Shown one piece after another: positions 10,395 to 20,740 of a stretch of DNA of 64,000 nucleotides. Position numbers and translations under genes: made by a program. A model generated the notes under the pieces. That model ran no database searches, had not been told where the DNA came from, and saw only the letters and a list, made by a program, of their open reading frames with translations. The stretch is from an uncultured cyanobacterium (GTDB lineage Bacteria; Cyanobacteriota; Cyanobacteriia; Cyanobacteriales; Nostocaceae). The stretch spans positions 3,200,001-3,264,000 of the forward strand of contig CAVUDP010000002.1 of the NCBI GenBank assembly GCA_963740315.1, read 5' to 3'. Positions within the stretch are counted from its first letter, which is position 1. Every line of letters begins with the position of its first letter.

Positions 10395-11579
10395 CTAAAA
10401 TCGCAAAAACCTGTCCACCTTCGCTTTGACTTCGGGTAGATTCATATAAACGTCTGCGGCTTCAAGTAAGTTATTAATGTTTTCTTCGCTTGCGTCGTCT
10501 AAATCATCGCTTAAAGGTTTACCAGTCAAATACTTATCAAGATTAAATTGCAAACGTAAAAGGCGATCGTGAACTATTTGCTTGCTAATATATTCGTAAA
10601 TATCGGAAGAAGCATCAAATAATACGCCTACAATTGGACGCGCCCATTCTATTAAACCCCAACCTTGCACTTTTTGAAAAGGAATGATTCGGGTTCTATC
10701 TCCAGTACCGATGGAAAGCACTGCGATTTCTTGATTGGAATAACCGAAGCGTAATGCTTCTGCAATACCGCAACTAGAAGGGTTGTTTGCAGCAACTCCG
10801 CCATCAATTGCCGAGTATATAGTTTTAATTGAATAAGTAGATGTTTTATCGGGAATTCTATCCCAAGCAGGGTTTACGGTTGCTTTTCTAATTGAACCAA
10901 TATAATTTTTAATAATGCGAGTTTGTCCGCTACCTCTACCGTCAGTAATTCTGATTTCGGCATTTTCATAAACACCATCAACGGTAGATTCATTCTCGCT
11001 AAAAATAATAGTATTTATACTTGCGTCTTTGACGTTGCCAATAACTCTTTTATCTAATTTATGTGCCGGAAAATAAGTAGGTGCTGATGCTGAAGAAACA
11101 CATACTTCCCACAATGGAACGTTACCATATGCTTTATCAGGTCGCCAGCTTTTAAAAATAATGGGATTGCGTTCGATCGTGTCATAAGATACTATTAATA
11201 ACCGTGGCGAAGTACCAATATCAAACAATCTTGTTTCTCCAAAAACACCCTGCAAAACTTGTATTAAACCTTTGTCAGAGAATTTAGGAGCAGATATACC
11301 GTATTTTAAGATTACAGGAATTCGCTTTATAGAAAAAAGACTTTCATAGGGAAAGATAATTGAGCTTTTATTTTGGAAAAATTCAACAATCTCTTTACTG
11401 CTGCGTCCCGTTGCGATCGCTGCTGCTACAATAGAGCCTGTAGAAGTTCCGACGATTAAGTCAAAGTACTCATTTAACGGTTGATTAATTTGCTTTTCAA
11501 TTTTCGCTAACATTTTCGCCGCAACAATTCCCCTAACCCCTCCACCATCCAGACTTAATATCCGAAAAGGCATTTTCAT
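10395..11579 (-). CDS. Patatin-like phospholipase with an internal insertion
   Basis: DGGGVRG, GTSTG, SASAPTYFP, DGGVAANNP. Confidence 0.9.
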   Translation of the reverse strand: MKMPFRILSLDGGGVRGIVAAKMLAKIEKQINQPLNEYFDLIVGTSTGSIVAAAIATGRSSKEIVEFFQNKSSIIFPYESLFSIKRIPVILKYGISAPKFSDKGLIQVLQGVFGETRLFDIGTSPRLLIVSYDTIERNPIIFKSWRPDKAYGNVPLWEVCVSSASAPTYFPAHKLDKRVIGNVKDASINTIIFSENESTVDGVYENAEIRITDGRGSGQTRIIKNYIGSIRKATVNPAWDRIPDKTSTYSIKTIYSAIDGGVAANNPSSCGIAEALRFGYSNQEIAVLSIGTGDRTRIIPFQKVQGWGLIEWARPIVGVLFDASSDIYEYISKQIVHDRLLRLQFNLDKYLTGKPLSDDLDDASEENINNLLEAADVYMNLPEVKAKVDRFLRF

Positions 11580-11929
11580 AATTCTCCCTGTATGATAACT
11601 TGTATCTTGCGGCTAATTTAGATACATATATTTGCCGATTTATATTATTAATAATATTGTTAATTCCTGCAATAATAGAATATACAAAATATGAAAGTAA
11701 TTATTATAAATATTGAATCGTATTTTTCACTGATTAATTTTAGATATTTTGATTTTGCCATTTACTTCTATTAAATAGGTAATATCTTAAATTTAAACTG
11801 TAGTGTAGATATGTTACTCATATCAATTAACATCGTAAATTTTTGATAAAATCAGTTGTTTATTAAAAAATAATTAGCTAATTTTACAGCTAGTTTAAAT
11901 AAAAATACTTACACCAGGACTAATTAATA

Positions 11930-12976
11930 GTGACAAAGCTTAAAGCATTATTTATAGCATCTGCTAGTACAGCATTGATTGTTTCAGTCACGGTACAAAC
12001 AGCTAAAGCAGCCAACTTCAACCCCGCACCTATTTATCAAGATTTCGGAAGTTACAGTACAACTATCTCTGGAAATAACGATTTAGCTGATATATATTTT
12101 CCTAAACCTAGAGATTTAACAACTGCTAAAAATTCCTTTCCCGTAGCTTTGTTATTGCAAGGTGCCAATGTAGATAAATCAAGTTATTCTGAATATGCCA
12201 GCATAGTTGCTCGCTATGGTTTTGTCGTAGTTGTGCCTAATAGAGAGCGAGCGATTCCAGAACGTAATAGCACCGGACTTTTTGCTGAAACTTCGCAGGT
12301 AGATGATGTCCTAACACAGATAAAACTAGAAAATTCTAATCCAACTTCACCTATAAAAGACATTGTTGATACAGATAAATTAGCATTATTGGGTCATTCT
12401 TTCGGCGGTGCTGTGGGATTATCTTTTATAGCAGATATATGCATTCCTCCTTTTTGTCAAACTCCATTTAAGCAACGGGATGAATTAGTTGCAGGTGCAT
12501 TTTTTGGTGCGGGTTTATCACGCAGTAGAAACAATCCTGAGTTTATACCCATTAACAATTCCGGAGTTCCTATTGCTTTGTTGAAAGGAAGCATTGATGG
12601 TATTACTCCACCTTTCGTAACTGATGCAACCTACGATAATATTCAAAATCCTCCCAAAGCTTTAATTAGCATTTCAGGTGCAAATCACTACGGTATCACT
12701 AATACTAATAATCCCGATCGTCCATTTCCAGATCCTAACGTTCCAACAATACCTCAAGATGTGGCTGTAGAAACTATTGCACGTTGGAGTGGGTTATTTT
12801 TACGCGCTAGCGTACTTGATGATAAGGAAGCTTTTAATTATGTATATTCTACTGGTGATGCACTTGATAAAAATGTAACAGTTACCAGCCAAGTAAAATC
12901 AGTTCCCGAAGCGTCTTCTATATGGGGTTTAGCATTATTTGGTATTGGGTTTTTAGGATGGAAACGAAAAATGTAG
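11930..12976 (+). CDS. Secreted chlorophyllase/cutinase-like alpha/beta hydrolase with PEP-CTERM sorting signal
   Basis: Signal peptide, GHSFGG nucleophile elbow, GSIDG, GANHY; C-terminal VPE + hydrophobic helix + KRK. Confidence 0.8.
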   Translation: MTKLKALFIASASTALIVSVTVQTAKAANFNPAPIYQDFGSYSTTISGNNDLADIYFPKPRDLTTAKNSFPVALLLQGANVDKSSYSEYASIVARYGFVVVVPNRERAIPERNSTGLFAETSQVDDVLTQIKLENSNPTSPIKDIVDTDKLALLGHSFGGAVGLSFIADICIPPFCQTPFKQRDELVAGAFFGAGLSRSRNNPEFIPINNSGVPIALLKGSIDGITPPFVTDATYDNIQNPPKALISISGANHYGITNTNNPDRPFPDPNVPTIPQDVAVETIARWSGLFLRASVLDDKEAFNYVYSTGDALDKNVTVTSQVKSVPEASSIWGLALFGIGFLGWKRKM

Positions 12977-13453
12977 AGACGTAGCACTGCTACGTCTCCA
13001 TAATTATCAAAGATAACAAATAACCGATCGTCAAAAAAATGTTGGTCTATTGTATATCTAAAAAATAGGTAGGAACGTTACATGAAAAAAGACTTTGCAC
13101 TGCTACGTCTCCATAATTATCAAAGATAACAAATAACCGATCGTCAAAAAAATGTTGGTCTATTGTATATCTAAAAAATCGGTGGCAACGCTACATAAAA
13201 AAAGACGTAGCACTAAGGAGTCTCCATAAATGTGAAAGATAACAAATAACCGATCGTCAAAAAAATGTTGGTCTATTGTATATCTAAAAAATCGGTGGCA
13301 ACGCTACATGAAAAAAGACGTAGCACTAAGGAGTCTCCATAAATGTGAAAGATAACAAATAACCGATCGTCAAAAAAATGTTGGTCTATTGTATATCTAA
13401 AAAATCGGTGGCAACGCTACATGAAAAAAGACGTAGCAGTGCTACGTCTCTAC
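12972..13453. repeat. Tandem array of four 113-bp units each carrying a GACGTAGCACTGCTACGTCTC-type REP palindrome
   Basis: GATAACAAATAACCGATCG recurs at 13012, 13125, 13238 and 13351; a terminal palindrome closes the array. Confidence 0.9.
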
Positions 13454-13470
13454 ATTATTATTAAACTAAA

Positions 13471-14451
13471 TTATTTACCTTGAATATTCATATCCATTGT
13501 TAACTTAGAAGTCATGGGAGTTTCTTCTAAAGTATTAACGTTTTTACCAATATATACACTATCGGCAAGCAAGGTTAATTGAGAACTTACCGGCATAACT
13601 TTATCAAGCTGTATCGTAGCTTTTCCTTTGGCGTTACCTTTAAATGTTTGTAGAGTCAAAATACCGTCTAAAGGCAATCCAGGATAGTCAATTACTTGAG
13701 GTGATTTTTCTTGTTGCTGCAAATTAACATTCAAATTAGCGACATTATCTTTGACATTTACTAATTCATAAGTAGTAGTTTGTTTGAGACTAATACCGTT
13801 AATGTCTGCTTCAGAATTAACTCGCCATTTAGCACCCGTTCCTACAGCTACTTCGGGAACTGGTGAAGATAATTGCTGTAATGAATTAGATAATTGTTCG
13901 ACTAGAAACTTGATATTTACATCTACTGTTTCTGGAATTACGTAATTAAGTTTTTTAGTTCTTCCTTGATTATCTATGACAGCAGAACCCTTAAAGTTCT
14001 CTAATTGCCCTATTTGCTTGCTAATTACCCGGATTAATTCTGGGCGGGTTTGAGCATCGCCTTTAATATTTACATTAGAATAAGCAATATCATAATAAAT
14101 ATCTCCATTTGGTTCTACTTTCGTGACAGTAGAATCTAAAGTAATAATATAAGATGGTAACTTTGCCCTTGGCATTTTAAATTCACCAATAGACATTAAA
14201 GTGTCTTTACTTAAAGTCACATTTATAGTTTGTTTGGCACCAACTTTTGGTGTAAAACGCAATTTCTCTTTATTACCAGTACCCGTACTAATAACTTCTA
14301 ATTGAGGAACTTTTGCAATCTTAGTTTTAGTAACTTGCTTTTGTGTTTGAATAACTACAGAAGCAGGTTGAGCGTTAACACTTTTTATTTGCTCTAATCC
14401 CCATCCGGCAAATACTAGAAAAATCGAACTAGCTAAAAATAGTTTTTTCAT
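13471..14451 (-). CDS. Secreted hypothetical protein (DUF6263-like)
   Basis: Signal peptide; beta-rich; PVPEVAVGTGAKWRV motif. Confidence 0.6.
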   Translation of the reverse strand: MKKLFLASSIFLVFAGWGLEQIKSVNAQPASVVIQTQKQVTKTKIAKVPQLEVISTGTGNKEKLRFTPKVGAKQTINVTLSKDTLMSIGEFKMPRAKLPSYIITLDSTVTKVEPNGDIYYDIAYSNVNIKGDAQTRPELIRVISKQIGQLENFKGSAVIDNQGRTKKLNYVIPETVDVNIKFLVEQLSNSLQQLSSPVPEVAVGTGAKWRVNSEADINGISLKQTTTYELVNVKDNVANLNVNLQQQEKSPQVIDYPGLPLDGILTLQTFKGNAKGKATIQLDKVMPVSSQLTLLADSVYIGKNVNTLEETPMTSKLTMDMNIQGK

Positions 14452-14760
14452 GAGTTAAATAGATGATAACAACTTAAAGTATTAAGTATACAGGTGAAAA
14501 TTGAATAGTTCCGAATTAACTATTGTAAGTTTATCTACGGCAGAAGATCGGAGAACTGGAAAGATGATAAACTGAACAATTCACAACAGTGAAATCTCGT
14601 TTAATTGACAATACAATAGATTTTAAAGTTCCCATCTGTCGGAATCCGGTTTGTTTTTAGAGGGGGAAGAGGGGACAAGGGGATGGGGAGATGGGGAGAT
14701 GGGGTTCGGGGGAGATGGGGAGATAATATTTATTTATTATTAACTCTTAACTCCTAACTC

Positions 14761-14834
14761 AATAAGGTTACTGAGCTTGTCGAAGTACTCCTAACTCAAT
14801 AAGGTTACTGAGCTTGTCGAAGTACTCCTAACTC
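14761..14834. repeat. Two exact 37-bp tandem copies containing a small dispersed repeat (CTGAGCTTGTCGAAGT)
   Basis: AATAAGGTTACTGAGCTTGTCGAAGTACTCCTAACTC x2 within CTAACTC heptamers. Confidence 0.8.
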
Positions 14835-14880
14835 CTAACTCTTACAATCCAAAATCCAAATTCTAAAATCCAAAATCCTT

Positions 14881-15807
14881 ATGAGTATTATCGTCTTCGG
14901 TAGCATTAATATAGACTTGGTAGCAACAGCACCTCGTTTACCGATCGCTGGCGAAACGTTGTCAGGATACGATTTTTTCAAAGCGCCCGGTGGTAAAGGT
15001 GCTAATCAAGCAGTCGCACTGACAAAATTAGGCATTTCTACGGAAATCGTCGGACGTGTCGGTAAACAAAGCTTTAGTGAAGAACTTATCGACTATCTAC
15101 AAACTGCTGGTGTAAAAACAGATAACGTATTTGTTGACGAAACAGTGAGTTCTGGTGTTGCAATTATTACTGTAGATGATGCCGGGGAAAATCAAATTGT
15201 GGTCATTCCCGGTGCTAACGGGCGCGTTGGTGCAGAAGATGTTGAAAGACTGTCGCGTTTATTACCCCGAAAGCAAGCTCTGTTATTACAATTAGAAATT
15301 CCCATATCAGCCGCGATCGCAGCTGCAAATGAAGCACAAAAAGCAGGTGTAAAAGTCATTCTCGACCCCGCACCAGCACAAAAAGAGTTACCAAAAGAAC
15401 TTTACCCATTAGTAGATATTCTGACACCAAATGAAATCGAAGCAACGCAACTCGTAGGTTTTCCAGTAAATGACGAAGATTCAGCAAAGAAAGCAGCCGA
15501 AGTTTTATTACACAAAGGCGTGAAATGCGCGATCGTCAAACTCGGCGCAAAAGGCGTTTATTGTGGCACTGAAACAGAAAGCTTTTTTACACCAGCATTT
15601 TCAGTAAAAACAGTTGACACCACAGCCGCAGGAGACGCTTTCAACGGCGGTTTAGCAGCAGCACTTTCCGAAGGACTTTCCTTACATGAAGCCGTAGTTT
15701 GGGGTAGTGCAGCAGGTGCATTAGCAGCAACCAAATCCGGCGCACAACCTTCGCTACCAGATAGGGATGCGTTCGATCGATTTTTACAAGAAAATGTTAG
15801 TGGTTAG
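14881..15807 (+). CDS. rbsK: Ribokinase
   Basis: GSINIDL, PGGKGANQAVA, TPNEIEA, VDTTAAGDAFNG. Confidence 0.92.
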   Translation: MSIIVFGSINIDLVATAPRLPIAGETLSGYDFFKAPGGKGANQAVALTKLGISTEIVGRVGKQSFSEELIDYLQTAGVKTDNVFVDETVSSGVAIITVDDAGENQIVVIPGANGRVGAEDVERLSRLLPRKQALLLQLEIPISAAIAAANEAQKAGVKVILDPAPAQKELPKELYPLVDILTPNEIEATQLVGFPVNDEDSAKKAAEVLLHKGVKCAIVKLGAKGVYCGTETESFFTPAFSVKTVDTTAAGDAFNGGLAAALSEGLSLHEAVVWGSAAGALAATKSGAQPSLPDRDAFDRFLQENVSG

Positions 15808-16091
15808 TTGCTGGGGATTGGTATTGGTAATAGGTAATTGGTAATTGAAAACAACTAGTACGGAGCCACATTAATTTTAAGGGGGTGAGATAACTCTTCG
15901 TAGGGTTCAAAACCCAACCTACAAACTAAATTTAGAGGGCTAAAGCCCTTACTACGAACCTTTTTACCCAGCAAAATAAATGAAATGGATCGCTAGGCTC
16001 TGCCTCAAGTATATTAAGATTATGAGCCTCTTGAAATGTATTCCTAGACAGGGCTTGGGAACAAGAATCTGTTGTTAAAATCTAAAATCGA

Positions 16092-17378
16092 ATGACCGAA
16101 CATATTTACGATTTAATTCTACGTCGGGGTAGATTAGTTTCATTTAATACGCAAAGCGAACCTGTTGATACTGGTATTAAAGATGGGCGAATTACTGCTA
16201 TTTCGCCTAATTTAACCGAATCTGCTCGTCAGGAAATCGATTTATCAGAAAAGTTAATTTCACCGCCTTTTGTTGAATCGCACATTCATTTAGATTCGGT
16301 TTTAACTGCGGGTGAACCCCGTTGGAATCAGAGTGGGACTTTGTTTGAAGGAATTCAAATTTGGGGCGATCGCAAACGTGAAATCACCATCGAAGATGTG
16401 AAAAACCGCGCTTTAACGATGTTGAAGCAGCAAGCAGCGCAGGGTATATTATTTGTCAGAACTCACGCAGATGTCAGCGAGCCGCAGTTAATTGCGCTAC
16501 AGGCTTTATTGGAATTGCGCGATGAAGTTAAGGATTGGATGACGGTGCAGGTAGTTGCATTTCCCCAAGACGGGATTTACTCGGATTCGCAAAATGAAAT
16601 TTTATTAGAAAAAGCTTTGGAAATGGGTGCGGATGCGGTGGGAGGAATCCCCCATTATGAATTGACGCGGGATTTGGGTGTGCGATCGGTACAAAAAATA
16701 TTTGAATTAGCTGAGAAATATAATCGTTTAATTGATATCCATTGTGACGAAATTGATGACGAGCAGTCGCGATTTTTAGAAGTCGTTGCAGAGTCAGCTA
16801 TTCGGACAAAAATCGGTAGTCGGGTTACGGCAAGTCATACCACTGCTTTTGGTTCTTATAATAATGCCTATGCGTATAAATTAATGGGTTTTCTGCAACG
16901 CGCTCAAATTAATTTTATCGCCAATCCTTTGATTAATATTACCTTGCAAGGACGTGCGGATACTTACCCGAAGCGTAGAGGAGTCACCCGCGTTAAAGAA
17001 TTATGGCAAAACGGCTTAAACGTTAGTTTCGGTCATGATTGCGTCCAAGATCCTTGGTATAGCTTGGGTACGGGAAGTATGTTAGATGTGGCTCATATGG
17101 GAGTACATATTTGTCACATGACAGGGCGTGAAGAAGTTGATGCTTGTTATCAAATGGTTACAAGTAATGCAGCTAAAACATTACATTTAGAAGATAAATA
17201 CGGTATAGAAGTTGGAAAACCTGCCAATGCGATCGTGCTTAACGAAGACAATTTTTACAACGCTATCCGCACTCGCAATAAACCTTGTTACGTTATATCC
17301 CAAGGAAAAATCATCGCTTCCACTACACCAGCAGCAACTAATTTTTCAATAACTGGGAACGGTAATCAAGGCTCGTAG
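16092..17378 (+). CDS. codA: Cytosine deaminase (amidohydrolase family)
   Basis: ESHIHLD, PRWNQSGTLFEGI, AFPQDG, HCDEIDDEQSRF, GHDCVQDPWY. Confidence 0.93.
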   Translation: MTEHIYDLILRRGRLVSFNTQSEPVDTGIKDGRITAISPNLTESARQEIDLSEKLISPPFVESHIHLDSVLTAGEPRWNQSGTLFEGIQIWGDRKREITIEDVKNRALTMLKQQAAQGILFVRTHADVSEPQLIALQALLELRDEVKDWMTVQVVAFPQDGIYSDSQNEILLEKALEMGADAVGGIPHYELTRDLGVRSVQKIFELAEKYNRLIDIHCDEIDDEQSRFLEVVAESAIRTKIGSRVTASHTTAFGSYNNAYAYKLMGFLQRAQINFIANPLINITLQGRADTYPKRRGVTRVKELWQNGLNVSFGHDCVQDPWYSLGTGSMLDVAHMGVHICHMTGREEVDACYQMVTSNAAKTLHLEDKYGIEVGKPANAIVLNEDNFYNAIRTRNKPCYVISQGKIIASTTPAATNFSITGNGNQGS

Positions 17379-17428
17379 TAAGGGCTTTAGCCCTTGGATA
17401 AGAGGACTAAAGTCCTTACTACAAACCT
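17372..17428. repeat. REP doublet (TCGTAGTAAGGGCTTTAG ... CTAAAGTCCTTACTAC)
   Basis: Related copies near 15935-15960, 18148-18200, 18244-18295, 38188-38235 and 38317-38368. Confidence 0.75.
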
Positions 17429-17554
17429 ATAAAAATAATTTTTTAATCGCAGTATATTTATATTAAGTTATGATTATGACTGGAAAATATTTAATCTAAG
17501 TATTTTCTATGACATTCACAGAGTTTGAGCAGATTTTAGGAGCAACAAAAAGAG

Positions 17555-18142
17555 ATGACGATGAAATTATTTAAATTGACAGCATTAGCCGTCTTATTGA
17601 TTCCAGTAAGTATATTAGCTGCGTCTTGTAACGAGAATGCATCTTCAGCTAACAAAGTCGATTCACAAGCTTCAAATAATTGTATTACTGAAAAAGATGT
17701 CATCAATGCTCAGGAAACTTGGGCTAATGCGATTGTTGCTATTGGTAAGGAATACAAGAATAAAGGAAACTACAAAGAATTAGCAGCAAATACTGTTGAT
17801 ACATTATACGGTTATGACGAAGGTACGGTTTTATTTAAGCCAACAAAAGCTTCAGAAGGACAGTTTCGTTTAACAGAAGAAGATGCCATATCTTATTTTG
17901 TTAAAGGTAAAATTGCTGAAGATAACGGATTTGCTCTCCAACCTTGGAGTAAAGTCAGATTTGAAAACGCGGGAGTCAGCGTTGCTTGTAACGATGCCGT
18001 GACTATGGGAAACTACTATTTTACTGATGCTAATACTGGAAAAGAAACCAAAGTTGAATATACTTTTGGTTATCGCAAAAACAACGATGGAAAGCTACTT
18101 ATAGATTTGCACCATTCCTCTTTACCATTTAATCCCACCTAA
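17555..18142 (+). CDS. Lipoprotein, COG4337/iota-type carbonic anhydrase-like (NTF2 fold)
   Basis: Lipobox LAASC; AQETWANAIVAIG, LYGYD.GTVLFKPTKA, GFALQPW, C-terminal HHSSLPF. Confidence 0.75.
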   Translation: MTMKLFKLTALAVLLIPVSILAASCNENASSANKVDSQASNNCITEKDVINAQETWANAIVAIGKEYKNKGNYKELAANTVDTLYGYDEGTVLFKPTKASEGQFRLTEEDAISYFVKGKIAEDNGFALQPWSKVRFENAGVSVACNDAVTMGNYYFTDANTGKETKVEYTFGYRKNNDGKLLIDLHHSSLPFNPT

Positions 18143-18434
18143 TAATAGGTTCGTAGTAAGAACTTTAGTCCTCTTCTTCGACAACTAAAGTTTTTACTAT
18201 AAGCTAATCAGGATTAATTAAACCTATACCCCACCAAATAATAGGTTCGTAGTAAGGACTTTAGTCCTCTTCTTCCACAAATAAACTTCTTACTAATACG
18301 GTTAGTAGCTTGGGTTAGACACGATTTGCAATTAGAGTAACCCAACATCTTCATTATTGACAATGCAATGTTGGGTTAGGTTGCAAATATAAATTATTTG
18401 TCAAAAACTAAATTTTTAGTGCGTCTAACCTAAA

Positions 18435-18833
18435 CTACTCCCCACTCCCTTCTAAAAAAGAAACATGAGCCGAAACAACTTTCCAACCTTCTGGAAAACG
18501 CTGCCACATTTGGCTTTGTCTACCCCGACGCTCTGCATTATTTATTAATCGGCGAAATTCTAAGGTAACTGCTGCACTATTTTCACCAAAAGTTACCACT
18601 TTCAAGTTTAATATTTCTCGCTCTAATTTAAAACCCGGACGAGAATTGCGAAAAGCCCGAATATCTTCCGCACCATACAGATTTTCATTTAATCCAAACC
18701 GAACAACATCCGCAGAATCCCAGAAAAAATTATCCAGCACGACGGTATCATTACTACATAAAGCCGTTTCATACCTCATATATAATTCCGTCAATTCAGC
18801 AACTATAGCTGTTTCATTAATGACATTGCTCAT
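18435..18833 (-). CDS. AtzH-like / oxalurate catabolism protein HpxZ family (DUF3225)
   Basis: YETAL..ND..LD.FFW, ENLYG..IRAFR, GRQSQ.W, WKVVSAHVS. Confidence 0.85.
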   Translation of the reverse strand: MSNVINETAIVAELTELYMRYETALCSNDTVVLDNFFWDSADVVRFGLNENLYGAEDIRAFRNSRPGFKLEREILNLKVVTFGENSAAVTLEFRRLINNAERRGRQSQMWQRFPEGWKVVSAHVSFLEGSGE

Positions 18834-19220
18834 ATTTACGTGAATAATTTCTAATTCAAAAATTCCTCAAGTTTATTCTTTTTATTTAGCTCGTCCAGAT
18901 TTTTTTTCAATTAAAAGAAATAGAAACAGAAATTATTACCAACGGTATGAGTCAAGGCAAAAAAAGAGTTTCTGGAGGACGAAAAATTTCTGTAATGGAT
19001 AAACTTGAGAAAGAAGCTTTTTATAACTATATTTTGCAGCAGTGGCAGAGGTAATGTAATTTTAGATTGGAAAAGTTAAGAATGAGGAGTTAGGAATTAT
19101 ATGATTTTAGTTTTTAATAGTGGATGCATTTGTTTTTGATTATTATCTATTCCCCTGTCTCCTTCTCCTCATCGCCCTAACTTTCTTTTCTATTCCCAAT
19201 ACATATAAACTGATTAATTA

Positions 19221-19886
19221 CTAGGTTGAAACAAGAATTTCGCTGAAAATGATGATATCTTGCGTTCCGGCATTAGCGTTAAGTCCAAGGGTAAAATTAG
19301 AAGATGAACCACCATCAAAAAGTAATGTAACGCCATCGATACCACCACCTATTGCAGCATCATATAAACCTTGAACATCGTTTTCACCGAGTCTGCTTCC
19401 ACTTACTAAATCGTTAAATTCATCGGAAACTATACTCTTATCTGATGCACCACCACCGAGGAAAAAGCTATCTTTGTTGTTGTCATAACGGTTAAACTCA
19501 AAGATACCGATTTGGGATTTTCTATTCTTAATATCAATAAATCCTCCAGCAATACCAGTAATGGTATCTTCAATCAGTTCACCAGTAAATTTTATGCAAT
19601 CGGTAGTAGAAGCATTACCGTTTATAGCAAGAGTAAAACTATCAAGCGAAATACTTTCTAATCTAACGCCACCGACACCATCGTCAATAACTTCACTCAA
19701 TAAAGGCTCAATTTGACTTGATTTGATTTCTTTACCTACCAAATTCGCAAACTCTTCACCAACAAACTTTATGCGATCGCTTTTACCACCACCAATGAAC
19801 ATTTTATCTATATCATCAGTGTCGAAAAGAGCGCGTTGAGACTTTGCGTCCTTAATATTGATGATTCTATCTTTAAACTCAGACAT
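19221..19886 (-). CDS. Hypothetical acidic Gly-rich protein with a two-fold internal repeat
   Basis: 221-aa ORF; IK..KSQ...F.GGG.SD...EF..LV occurs twice. Confidence 0.7.
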   Translation of the reverse strand: MSEFKDRIINIKDAKSQRALFDTDDIDKMFIGGGKSDRIKFVGEEFANLVGKEIKSSQIEPLLSEVIDDGVGGVRLESISLDSFTLAINGNASTTDCIKFTGELIEDTITGIAGGFIDIKNRKSQIGIFEFNRYDNNKDSFFLGGGASDKSIVSDEFNDLVSGSRLGENDVQGLYDAAIGGGIDGVTLLFDGGSSSNFTLGLNANAGTQDIIIFSEILVST

Positions 19887-20022
19887 AGTTGATTACCTTG
19901 TAACATTTCAGACAACGTAAAATTTATTTTAGCAAATTTATAACCTAATTTTTATTTTTTTGTCAAATAAATAACAAAAAGGTTTAGTTTTATAGTAACT
20001 TATATTACATTTTTAGTTTTAA

Positions 20023-20113
20023 GTAGGACTCACGTAAAGCCCCCAAGAATACGGGGGTTGGGGGGATCTAATCTAGGATGCTTAACAACTCGTTGCGGTT
20101 GCGTAAGTTTTAT
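20023..20113. mobile_element. Short MITE-like remnant
   Basis: Imperfect TIRs TAGGACTCACGTAA ... TTGCGTAAGTTTTA enclosing a CCCCC..GGGGG hairpin. Confidence 0.45.
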
Positions 20114-20191
20114 TAAAGTTAATTTCTATCGCAAAAGAAATAAAAAATTAGGGAATAGGTAACTTAAAATTCCCCATGCCCCATGCCCAAT

Positions 20192-20740
20192 TTACTTAAT
20201 CAAATTTAAACCCAAAAATAAAGCCGACACCGTACCCGCAACACAAATTTCACCTTTAACTATTTTTTCCAAAACCGCATCTACAGGAATTAAAATAACT
20301 TCAATTTCTTCAGTAATATCTAACTTTATTTTTCCCGTTTTCTTGACATTTTCAGCTATAAATAAATGTAATTGATTCGTATCTTTACTCGGTTTATCGT
20401 AAAGCGTTGCCATCTTCTTAACTTTTGAAGCAACATAACCAGTTTCCTCTTCCAGTTCCCTGACTGCTGCCACTTCACCGCTTTCTTGTTCCGGATTAAA
20501 ACCACCTGCGGGAAGTTCCATAAAGAAATTACCGATCGCGTGTCTGTACTGCCTGACAAAAACAATTTCTCGATCGCAAGTAATTGGTAAAATTATCGCC
20601 ACATCTGGTCTAAGATGAACGAAATAATCATCAATTACTTTTCCGCTGGGTAGTTCTATTTCATCTTGCCTAACTTTACACCAAGGATGATTTAACACCA
20701 TATTTGATTGTAAAATCTTCCACTTTTTTAAATTAGACAT
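20192..20740 (-). CDS. NUDIX hydrolase (ADP-ribose pyrophosphatase-like)
   Basis: RQYRH, ELPAG, Nudix box AAVRELEEETGY. Confidence 0.92.
   Translation of the reverse strand: MSNLKKWKILQSNMVLNHPWCKVRQDEIELPSGKVIDDYFVHLRPDVAIILPITCDREIVFVRQYRHAIGNFFMELPAGGFNPEQESGEVAAVRELEEETGYVASKVKKMATLYDKPSKDTNQLHLFIAENVKKTGKIKLDITEEIEVILIPVDAVLEKIVKGEICVAGTVSALFLGLNLIK

Noticed and set aside
10395..11579. CBASS CapV effector locus
   Set aside because: No cyclase or other CBASS genes are adjacent.
12972..13453. CRISPR array
   Set aside because: Whole 113-bp units are near-identical, so this is a tandem repeat.
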